45,504 nt of DNA from the NCBI GenBank assembly GCA_964528935.1, contig CAZGUB010000001.1, forward strand, positions 1 to 45,504, given 5' to 3'. A program made the translations under genes and the position numbers. The stretch is from an uncultured Flavobacteriaceae bacterium. GTDB lineage: Bacteria; Bacteroidota; Bacteroidia; Flavobacteriales; Flavobacteriaceae. Shown here in pieces: positions 1 through 11,800 of this stretch. The notes under the pieces were generated by a model. It was not told the DNA's origin and did no database searches. It was given only the letters and a program-made list of their open reading frames with translations. Position 1 is the stretch's first letter, and each line of letters opens with the position of its first letter.

Positions 1-3000
1 CTAATTGACCAGGACTGCTACCTATTACGGTCGCTCTGTTGATTATTTGGCCAGTAAATGCAGTATTTTGAGTAATAATGTAAGATGCCTGATATCTAGC
101 AATTTCACCTGCAACTAGGGTCCCGTCAACTGAATTATTTGAGCTAGATGTGAAAACCATGTTTCCATCATAACTTAAAGTGGTACCATTTCCATCTTGA
201 AGAAGGTCTACTATTCTTATATTATTGATCACTGCATTTCCTGTATTTTCAATAACTATAAGGTATTCAATACGGTCGCCTGTATCTATTTTTGAATTAT
301 TATTTAAATCAAAATGAGTTGAGGACTTAATTATATCAATTGAAAAATCAGTAGATGTAAGAATTATAGTAGGGTCATTAGTTGTGTTTCCATCTGTATC
401 ATCTCCATCATCAGATACGTCAGAAACATCTCCATTATTCCCTGGTGAAGAAGCAATAACAGAAACGGAGTTAATTACGCTACCGGAATTAGCAGCAACT
501 TGCTCAATCGTGTATGAAGTTGTATAGGTTAAAGCTTCTCCTGAACTAATGGTATTATCCGCATCAATGATATTGAAGTTAGATCCCATCTGGGGATGTG
601 CCGAACAATAATAATATAAGTTATCAATACTTTGATCAACTTTTATTTGAACAAATGACCCATTATTTCCAGCAATTCCCTCCACTATTACATTATCTGA
701 ATATTCACTTCCAGCGTTATGGGTCCCATCTGAATTCAAACTCAACCTGAATGGATGACCATTATTACTAGTATCTGACTGGATAAATTTGTAAGTCTTT
801 CCTCTTTCTAAATTAATTTGATTACTCTCAACACCATCTAGAAAATATTTATTTCCTTGTCCAGTATTTGAGACAGTTATTGAGATTTCCCGAATTGTAG
901 TTTCAGTAATTGCTGAGGATAAACTTAATGGATTTCCACTGCCGTCCACAATTGTATCAGTAATTTGAAGATCTGTCAATTCTATGTTACCAGTATTTTG
1001 AACTAAAATTGTGTAGACAATTATATCACCAGCATCATTTGTTTGGTTACCATCGTTTTGAACAACTTCGGCAATCTTAGTTACCTCAATTGATACATCT
1101 GACATTGTCTCAACAACTGTTGGATCATCAACTGTATTTCCATCTGTATCATCACCATCATCTGATACGTCAGTTACATCATTGGTGTTTCCAGGACTAG
1201 AAGCCGTTACAGAAACAGTATTAACTATTCCTCCAGTATTTGCTGAATTTTGATCTATTACATATTGTAGTTCATAAACTAAACTCCCCCCGGCCAATAA
1301 TGTAGCTTGGCTAGAACCATCAGTAGCACTTAGTAAATTTGGATCAGGGGTATTTATTTCATTTCCGTTGTTATCTCTTAACAAATCAGATAAATTAACC
1401 CCACTTAGAGTAACATTACCCGTATTTGTGACGGTTATAGTATATTCGATTAAATCTCCCTGATCGTTCTGACCGTTATTATTCGTATCAATTACATTTG
1501 AGATTTTAGATATTTCAATACTAGGTCTTGGTGTTATTTCAATAACAGTAATATCATCCTCTGTATTACCATCAGTATCATCTCCATCATCCGAGGTATC
1601 ACTAACATTGTTTGTCTGTCCTGGACTACTTGCTATCGCCACAGCTGTATTCCTTATCTCTAGCGTTGCCGCTGCTGCATCTGATATTATATAATAAGCT
1701 ATATAAGTTGCCGTCTCTCCTGCCTGCAGTGTTCCCGTATTTGAACCCCTATCTGATCCAGAGAATGATGGACCTGTACTCATGGTCAAGGCATCCCCAT
1801 TACCATCCGTTATTGTGTCGCTTACCGTTAAACCAGTTAAGGCAACATTCCCTGTATTCTCTACAGTTATAGTATAATTTATCACATCTCCTGCTCCCAC
1901 AAATCCATCTCCCTCATCAGTTACTGTGGCTATCTTAGTTACTTCTATTGCAGGTACCGGATCGATATCTACAACTGTTGCATCATTAGCCTGAGCTGTG
2001 GTCGGATCATCACTCTGATCCGTGACTATATTTGATCCACCTTGACCACTAGCTTGGACAGAAGCTCTATTAATTATTCTTCCAGAATAAGAAGCTTCAT
2101 CAGTTATTGTAAAATTCGCAGTAAAAGTTACAATCCCCGAAATAGCAATAAAGGTTGCGCTGGATCCATTTGTAGCAGAAGCAAAAGTTGGAAGAGTTGT
2201 GAGTGCTAAATTATTAGAGTTTCCATCAGTTAGAATATCAGTAACCAATAAATTCTCAAGAGGAACTCCTCCGGTATTTGTAACACCTATTTGATAATAA
2301 ATAATATCTCCAGAATCAGTTAGATTATTTGCGTTGGTGTCAGATACAGTTGCAGTTTTAATTATTTCAATTGAAGCTTCAGCGGAAGTACTTATTTCAG
2401 TTTTATCATTGAATTCATTACCATCCGTGTCATCTCCGTTATCACTAATGTCACTAACATTTATTCCTCCACCAATTGCGGATACGGTTACTTGGTTTTT
2501 AATTTTTGTAGAGAAAGCAGCTGCAGGTTCGATTGTGTAGGTAGCAGTGTAAGTAGCAATCTCAGAAAATCCTAATTTCCCCTCATTAGAACCATTTGAA
2601 GAGGATACATATGTCGGTCCGCTATCTAGTGATAATTCATTGTCGTTATTATCAGTTAATAAGTCGATAAGTGTAATACCTGTTAAAGTAACATTTCCAG
2701 TATTAACAACTGTAATAGTATAGACAATTGTATCGAGTGGATCATTAACTCCATTTGAGTTATTGTCTAGTACTTGAGCTGTTTTAGTAGCCTCAATTTT
2801 AGGATTGGGAGAAATTTCAACTATTGTTGGATCATCTTCCGTGTTTCCATCTAAATCGTCTCCATTATCTGAAGTGTCAGTAACATTATTTGTTTGTCCT
2901 GGACTACTTGCAGTAGCAATTGCACTATTAGAGATAAATGGTGTCTGGGCTGCAGCAGCTGAAATAAGATAAATAGATGTGTAGGTGTGATATTCCCCTG

Positions 3001-5819
3001 GCAGGGCAGTGCCCTGAGGGGAACCTTTACTTCCGTTAAGTCCGTCGTATGTTGGTCCGTTAAGCAAATTTAATACCTGTCCATTACCATCGGTCAAGAT
3101 TTCTTGAATAGAAATTCCTGTTAGGGTCTGCTCTCCATTATTTTCAACTTTGATTGTATAATAAATCAAATCATTCTGACCAATTACACCATCACCGCTT
3201 GAATCAGTTACAGAGACAGTCTTTGTTACTTCAAGTGATGGAGTAGTTGTAATTGAAACTGCTGTCGGATCCTCAGGGGTTACAGTATTTGGATCATCTG
3301 AAAGGTCATCAACTGTGACACCTTGTGGAGTTGTCCCAAAGGCTTGAGCAACATTAGAAACTTGACCCGAGTCAACAGCCTGTTGGTTTACAATAAAGAA
3401 GCCTATGTAATTGACAATTTCACCTGGGATCAAATAACCTTGTGGTGAACCTCTATTTGAACCAGCATAAAACAGTCCACTACTCATATTTAGTAGAGCT
3501 CCAGTTCCATCAGTCAGCGTATCGCTAACAGTAATATTACTTAAAGTGATATCACCTGTATTTTGGATGGAGATGTCATATTGAAGAATATCTCCCTTCC
3601 CTAATTTATTATCTCCATTGTCTGTAACCGAAACTGTTTTTTCTACGAGTAATGATGGTGATGAAGTAAATGAAATTGCAGTAGGATCGTCACTATCTAT
3701 TGTAGTAGGGTCATCTGATGTGTCACTAACATTTAAGCTATTTCCAGGACTACTAGCAATAATTGTCGCCTGATTAATTAGGCTTCCAGAATCTATTGCA
3801 TTTTGATCAATAATAAGATCAGCTTGATACTCTATTTGCTCTCCAACAAGAAATTGATTTGGACTGCCTGAAACTAATGAGGGGGGGTTGTCAAATGAGT
3901 ATGAATTACCATTTCCATCTGTCAATATATCTTGTATCGTTACATCTCTTAATGTAAGGCCTCCGGTGTTTGAAACGACTATAGAATAAGTAATTCTATC
4001 TCCAAGACTAGCCACTCCATTACCATCGAGATCAGTCAGAGATGCTGTTTTACTAACCTCCAATTCAGCCAAGACATTTATATTAATGTTTGTTGGATCA
4101 TTTTGCTCTACCGTGCTTGGATCATCTGATGTAGCTGAAGCTACTGAGGTAACGTCAAGAACGCTACTTGCGCTTACAAGCACTTGATTAGAAACACCTC
4201 CTGCATCGACTGATTGCTGATTAATTGTGAATCTAGCTTCAAATATAGCTACTCCATTAACATCAATTGAAGTGGCTGTTGCATCTGTACCTGAAACAAA
4301 GGATGGTGATGAGGTCAGTGTTAAATCTAATCCATTATAGTCTGTAATTATATCATTTAAAGAAAGGTTATTTAAGTTAACATTTCCCGTATTAGAAATC
4401 GTAATTGTATAATCAATTGAGTCTCCTAAGTCAATTATATTATTACCGTTATTTTGAGTAACAGTTGCAGTTTTTGAAACTTCAATTTGAGGAGTTAAAT
4501 CAATATTAATAATTGTAGGATCATCTAAAACATTCCCGTCTGTATCATCATTATCATCGCTAATATCAACTACTATTGTTCCGTCTAGATTGCTTGTTGC
4601 AGATACAGTAACGGTATTAATTATGCTTCCAGTTAAAGCAGCAGCCTCTTGAATTACATATGAAGCTCTATAACGAGTAGTTTCACCTGGGGCCAGGCTG
4701 CCCTCAGCAGAGCCTTGACTAGAGCTACCGTTTTCGTATGTTGGACCTGATGTTAGGGCCAATACTCCTCCATTAGCATCAGTAATAGTATCAACTAATG
4801 TTAGAGTCCCAACTGAGGTGATCCCAGTATTTTCTATAGTTATAATGTAGTTAATGGTGTCTCCGCTACCAACTACTCCATCCTCAACTCCATCAAATAC
4901 TGTTGCAGTTTTTATAACACTAATTTGAGCTGCAGCAAAAAGTGGAACTTCCGTTAAATCGTCTTCAGTATTTCCATCATTATCAATCCCATCATCGCTT
5001 ATGTCATTTACATCATCAACTCCGAAAGGACTGGAGGCGGTAACTTGTACATAGTTTTTGACTCCTCCAGAGTTAAATGCTTGGTCATTAATTATGAAAA
5101 TAGCTCTATAGACAGCTGACTCACCAATTTGAAGGGTTCCCAAAGTTGAACTTTGAGAAGCTGATATGAAATAGGGCCCATCATTGAGACTAAGTGGATT
5201 GTCATCGTCATCAACTAAAACATCTTCTAAAGTAATGCTTGTTAATATTGTGTTTCCTGCATTTTCAATTGTAATTATAAATCTTATTACATCCCCAACA
5301 GAAGTCTCTCCATCTCCATCTGAATCAATTATCTCATATGTTTTTGTAGCCTCAATCTTTCCGTCAGGTTCCATTATTGTGATGGTTGGATCATCCTCTG
5401 TGTTTCCATCTTCATCATCCCCGTCGTCTGAAGTATCAGATACGTTTGCTGATTGTCCTTTTGAGTCACCTGTTACAATTAAACTATTTGAAACAAATGG
5501 CGTTTTGAATGCATCTTGATTTATCGTGAATTGAGCAGAGTAAACCAAAACTTCCCCGGGAATTATAGTTCCTATTGGTGAGCCAGCTGAAGCAGATACT
5601 CTAATTGGTGGTGCTGTGTAGTTGAGTTGTTCACCCAAGGAATTTTCAAATATATCGGTCAACGTTAATCCAGTTATAGTAGTTTCTCCGGTGTTAGAAA
5701 TAGTAATAGTATAGCTTATTAAATCATTTAAGTTTATTTTTTGGTCATTATTTATATCCTGAACTACGGCTGTTTTTTCGACCTCTAATAATGAAATAGC
5801 TTCAATTTGAGTTACAGTA
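1..5819 (-). repeat. C-proximal array: 11 plain DUF11-like units, one unit carrying a cupredoxin-like insert, and one partial unit at the window edge
   Basis: Linker markers lie near 5385, 4950, 4515, 4095, 3680, 3265, 2825, 2400, 1980, 1550, 1120 and 370. Translated examples: GDLIEYTITVTNTGNVTLSGV, GDVINYTITVENTGNVALTGL, SDTSDDGDDTDGNTEDD. Confidence 0.85.
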
Positions 5820-8800
5820 GGATCGTCTTGCTGAGCCGTGCTTGGATCATCCGAAGTAGCACTAACTTGTGTTGATCGGATTGTTGTGGCGTTAACAATG
5901 GCTGAATTTCTTATCTCTCCCTTGTCAACCGCTTCTTGATTAATTTGATAAATCCCCGTGACAGTCATAGAACTATTAGAACTCAACGTTCCAATATATT
6001 GTCCAATATTTGCAGATCCTTTAGATTCTGACTGTCCATTAGTGAAAATATAGGGAGTAGCTCCAGCTCCTTGTTCAAGTTGCATACCCCATACATACGT
6101 ATAGGTACCATATACCCCAGGATTAAACCCTACAACTCCATTGGTTGCAAATTGACTAGTAGTAAATACCAGCTCAAATCTTTCAAACTTATTATTAAGC
6201 GAGAAGGTAAAAGTTTTTGATGCTGTTGATGAAGATAAATGGGTAGATTGGGCGCCAAGATTAAATCCTTCATGAGCAAATAAAGTAAAGTTCGTTCCCA
6301 AAGTTCCTTTTGCATAAATTGATAATGTGTAGGTAGTATTTGGTGAAAAAACGTAATTGTGTTCGTAAACTGCACTTGCAGTAGTTCCCCTTACTCCCAT
6401 AGCTCCTATATCAGATGAGGTAACAAGATGACCTCCTCCTGGATCGCTGGTGTTTTTGCTAATGATTCCTCTACCTTCTATCAAATAACCTTCCCACCCC
6501 AGGGAACCTCCAGTTGCACTTAATTGAGCGTTGCTAAACATCCCAGGCCTTAAATAATATTCAATTCCATCAGGTATAGTGTATGGTGTGCCTTGCTCTT
6601 GAATATTTAAGCTTGAAATATTCCCAGATCTATTATTATCGATATTATACGTTGGACCAGTGAGTAAATTAACAGCAGCTTCATCAGTTGCAATTTGTTG
6701 AATTAAATTATTATTGTTAGGATCTTTTAATTCATCTGTTATTGTAAAGTTTGAAACATCTGTATTACCTAGGTTAGTTACTGTGAATTTGTATTTAAGT
6801 ACATCATTTTTATCTATTATTCCATTTCCATTAACATCAATGTGATCATATTCCTTTAACAGGTCAATTCCTGAAACCTCTGGAATTTCAAATACTGTAG
6901 AGTCATCCAATTCTGCAGTATTTGGATCATCAGAAATATCAGTTACAGGTGTAGAAATACCAGAGGGTAAAGCGCTAACAACAATACTGTTTGAAACCAA
7001 CCCCGAATTGACCATAGATTGGTCAAGTGTAATAGATCCTTGTAAAGTAATATATCCTCCAACAAGAATTCTATTAAGGTCTGATCCGTTATTTGAGCCT
7101 GTTTGTGTTAAAGTCGGTGAGGCCAATAAATTATTATTCCCATCTACTATAGTATCTACTAATTGAACATTCAATAAATCAATATTGCCAGTATTTGAAA
7201 CAGTGATTGTATAGGTTATTATGTCTGCAACTCCTATAACTCCATCTCCATTATCACTGGTAAGCTCTACCGATTTAGTAATATTAATTCTTGGATCAGG
7301 ATTTAGTCTCACCTCGGTTTGATCATCCGATATGTTACCATCAGTATCATCCCCATCGTCTGACTTATCATTAATAACTCCTGCAGTTGAACTTGCCGAT
7401 GCAATTACGGAGTTTGCAATAAATGCACTACCCATCATTGTTCCAGTGATCGTCGTAGAGGCAATATATGTTGCAGTCTCACTCACTTGTAATGTCCCCT
7501 CGGGTGAACCAGCTGAAGAGCTAATAAATGTTGGACCTACTAATAAATTGTTATAGTTATTTAAAAAAGAATCGTAAAGAGTATCAGAAAGTGTTAATGA
7601 TGTTAACCTAATATTTCCAGTGTTAGTAACTACAATTGTGTAGGTGATGATATCCCCTGGATCATTTAAGCCATTAGCATTCACATCTGAAACGGTAGCT
7701 GTTTTAGTAACTTCAATTGATGGCAATCGAGTTAGTGTTACAATAGTTGGATCATCACCCGTATCATCTTGACCAGTATCTCCATCATCAGAAACATCTG
7801 TTACAGTCCCGCTTTTTGTGTCTGTTGCAGTAAATACAATTGAGTTAGATAATCCGCCGGACTCTAGATCTTCTTGAGTTACTGTATATGAAACTGTATA
7901 AGTATAAGAAGATCCAACATTTAAATCAGTAATAGTCCCGGAGGAAGTGTTTGATTGTTGTATTACAGAAGAGCCGTCTAGATTAAGTCCGGAATTATAA
8001 AAATACCACCACTCATCACTGTATATACTACCAAACTGATTCTCTTGGGTCTTTCTTAAAATTGCTCCTGTCCATAAATTTTGATAAGTATTAAAAGAAA
8101 AGCCTACAACAGTATTATACTCGTCAATGGTATTCCACTCCCACAGATAATAGCCAAGAGAAGATAGTTGTTCTACCCACCTAGAATAGGTCTTTCCATT
8201 GTATGATGCAAAGTATGAATGACCATTATATTGTCCTAAGAAAGTGACAGTTACCCCTGGTATAGCAATAGAATTCACTAGCTCGTCAACTTCTATAATA
8301 GCTCCATAGCTTGAATAAGAAGGTTGATCCTGAAGTCTTCTATTAGTTGAATTAGTGTAAGTGTATAAATAAGATGCATCATAAGAGTAGCCATTATTTG
8401 GTTCAGAACTATACCATAATGATGTTACGTCTTCTGACTCCAAGCCGCCGACTTGACCTGAAATAGAAGAGGATGAAGTTAAAGTAATTGAAGAGGTCTG
8501 TAATATTAAATCCCCGTCTAACTGAATTAGAGTATCAAAGTATGAAAGATTACTTAAATCTATATTTCCAGTATTAGTGACTGATATTGTAAATATGACA
8601 TCATCCCCTACGCCTATTTCACCATCCAGGTTATTGTCTACAGTTGAATAAGTTTTAACAGCTTCCAGCTCAGGGTCATATAATAAAGACGTTACAGCTG
8701 GATCATCAACAGTATTCCCGTCAGTATCATCTGCATTGTCAGATATATCAGTAACACTTTGCGATCTAGAAGTAATTATTATACTATTTGAAATTACTCC

Positions 8801-11800
8801 TGAATTAATATCATCTTGTGATATAGTATATTCAAATGTAAAACTAAGACTACTTCCTGCAGGAATTATATCTATAGTTTTTGTTTGTTTAGTGAGTTGA
8901 TTTCCTAAAACATCATTCCATCCTTCATCATATGAAATTGAGGAATTGGTTGGATCTGATTTTAATATTCCTGTCCAAAACCAAGTATTTGTATTTAATT
9001 CTTGAACAATCCAATCATGTTCCTCTTGAGAGTTGGGAATATACATATGAGCATCCTCCCCGAAATTATTCTTAAAATTATTATTAATAGAACTAATAGA
9101 ACTATTAAAACCAGAGGTGCCTGTAGACCTGTAATAATAATTATTATCGTAGCTTCCAATAAAAGTATACCCAGCTGGGGTTGCTGGCTGGGAGTTTTGA
9201 TTTTCAATCTCCGCAATATGATAATTTGAATAGCTCTCATAAATATTTCGATATTTTCCCTGATTTACCGAAGGGTTAATCATTACATAATTGTATCCAC
9301 TACTACTAGGCAATGCATTAGAGGATGGATTGCTAGAATCCCAATTTGTAAATGGTGCATTTGAAACTTCAGCAGAGGGATCCTCAGCCTCTAAATACAG
9401 ATCTGGCCCAACACCATATCTATAATCAACTCCATCAATATTCTCTACTGTCCATCCTGTACTATTATAATATGAGTAAATAAAATCTGAAGCAATGGGA
9501 CCTTCTTCAAGTTGAATCCCCCAAAATCTTGAATTACTACTTAAATCATTACCAGGGGGCCGGATACCTACTCTAGCATCTCCATTAATCGTAGAACTCG
9601 TTGTGAAAGTGTAAGTATATCTATTTAGTTCAGCAGTCTGATCTAACTCTATATCCTGAGATTTAAGGGCATTTTCCCAATTATAAGATAAATCAGATCC
9701 ATCGAATACAACAAATTTCCATGGACTATTAACTGCAGCAGCTTTTTTACCATAAACCGATACTGTATATTGAGTATTTGGTTTTAGTCTGACATTTTTA
9801 TAAACATAACAATCTTCACAAGAATTACCACTTCCATTTCTGTAGAGATACCACATGTAAGTGTCATTATCATAATTTTGATTAGTAACACCTGAATCCC
9901 CATCCTGATAATTGGGAAATGTTGAGCTCACATAGCTATCATTTCTATTGTTTAGATGTAAGTAAGGAATTTGTCCATATCCATTATCACCGACAGTACT
10001 TCCATAATTTGTACCTGATTCTGACCAGCCCCATTCATTGTCATCAACCGCCCAACTATATTGAAAATAATTTTGACTTTTTCCCACTAAAGGCTTGATT
10101 TCGATTGATTTTGTTCCCGTAGCGGTTGTCATGATGTCACTCAATTCAAAATCCTCCAAGTTGGTTTGTCCAGTATTAGTAATATTTACCTGATAAGTAA
10201 TAATATCTCCTATATCATTTTCTCCATTACCATTTTCATCTGAAATATTTATTACAAACTTTTCAACTTCAAGACCTTTGGAGTTGTCAAGGTTTACAAT
10301 AGTAGGATCTCCCAACTCGGCGGTATCTGGATCATCACTAACATTTGTAACTACTCCAGATGTCCCACCAGGTGTAATAAAACTTGAGACAATTGTTACT
10401 TGATTTCTTAACTCCTCTGCAGAATCTATCAGCTCTTGAGTAATTTCTATGGTCAAGGAATAAGTTGCTGAACCACCCGGGGGAAGATAGGTTTGTCTTG
10501 GATCAAATGTTCCTACGGTAGTTAGAGAATTAGATTTTGTTATTGGATTATCATAAGTGTATGTGTATATAGGAGAAGGCCCTACGCCCTCTTCAATCTG
10601 AAATCCGTAGAACCACATCCCAGTATTATCATTTCTAGGAGGTGCAATTCCAATCCTATAAAATTGTCCTGGATTCGAGCTACTTAAAAAAGTATGAGAA
10701 AACCTCTTCACTTCAAACTGTGAAAAAGATTTAAGGGGGGATACTTGTGAGTTATCATAATTGGTTATGTAATTAGAATCACTATCACTCCAATTATTAC
10801 CATCATGCCAAATGAATCTGAAACCTTTATAATATTCCGAACCAGTATAGGACGAACTGTTTGGCGTTGCCCATACCGAAACAGTATAATAGGTATTTGG
10901 TTTGATAAGTGCTGGATCAATTTCTTGGTAAAACCATCTTTTTGAATTGCTATCCCCTTCTGAAAAGTTACCAGTAGTATTCCTTAAATTTATAAATCTG
11001 TTAAAATAATTTGAATCAGCTAAATCTGCCATTGAACGCCCATTCCATGAAATATTAGAGGGTAGAATTTGATAACCGTCAACAAATCCTGTATTTGCAC
11101 TTGAAGCTCCTGACAAATCAGAGAAAAAGACCTCTATCCCGGCTGGTTGATAATGAAGTTCGCTATAATAACTTATGTAATTATATCTATCAGATCCTGT
11201 TTTATGCCAATAATTACTATTGAATGAAGCATAACTAAAATTGGAGGATCTTGTAGCTAAATTTTCAAGAGTGATGGTAGATTGAAAGGAGGAACTTTCG
11301 TGTTGCAAATTATAGAATCCTAGGCTTTGATCAAGTTCATTTTTTAATTCATCTGTCATGGAAATCTCTAAATCTACAATTCCCGTATTTGTTATTACAA
11401 TTGAGTAGCTAATTTTATCTCCAACAAGCATAAGACCATCTCCATCAACGTCAATCTCAGTAGCTGATTTTGTTATTGATATTCCTGGAAAAAAACATGC
11501 TACATCATAATTTAATTCTTGGTAATCTTTTATGTTATTTGAATTTGAGTCCAACGGAGTAGTATAACCGTCTGAACCGCTAGTTACTTTTCCCCATCCG
11601 TCTTGAGTGATTGGATTGTTTCCAAGAAGACCATCCCCATCATCATCTGTATAGCCTGCCTCAATGACATCACTACAGCCATCATCATCTGAATCCAACT
11701 CAAAAATGTCCAAAATTGTATCACTATCAGTATCTGTTGGAATAACTAACTCAATTCTGTCATCTGCACCATTAAAATTATCATCCACAAAACCTTGGTC

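Larger units (their letters stand above)
5820..11479 (-). repeat. Six DUF11-like units, four of them expanded by inserted accessory modules
   Basis: Unit boundaries (DDPxT linkers) lie near 10310, 8700, 7750, 7320, 6900 and 5820. Unit lengths are ~390, ~537, ~317, ~143, ~140 and ~360 aa, against ~143 aa for plain units. Confidence 0.8.

Noticed and set aside
7970-9360. A diversity-generating retroelement target, since C-type-lectin folds are the classic DGR variable-protein scaffold.
   Set aside because: There is no reverse transcriptase or Avd-like gene in the window. I could see no template/variable repeat pair (a ~100-nt near-duplicate differing at adenines) near either lectin-like insert.
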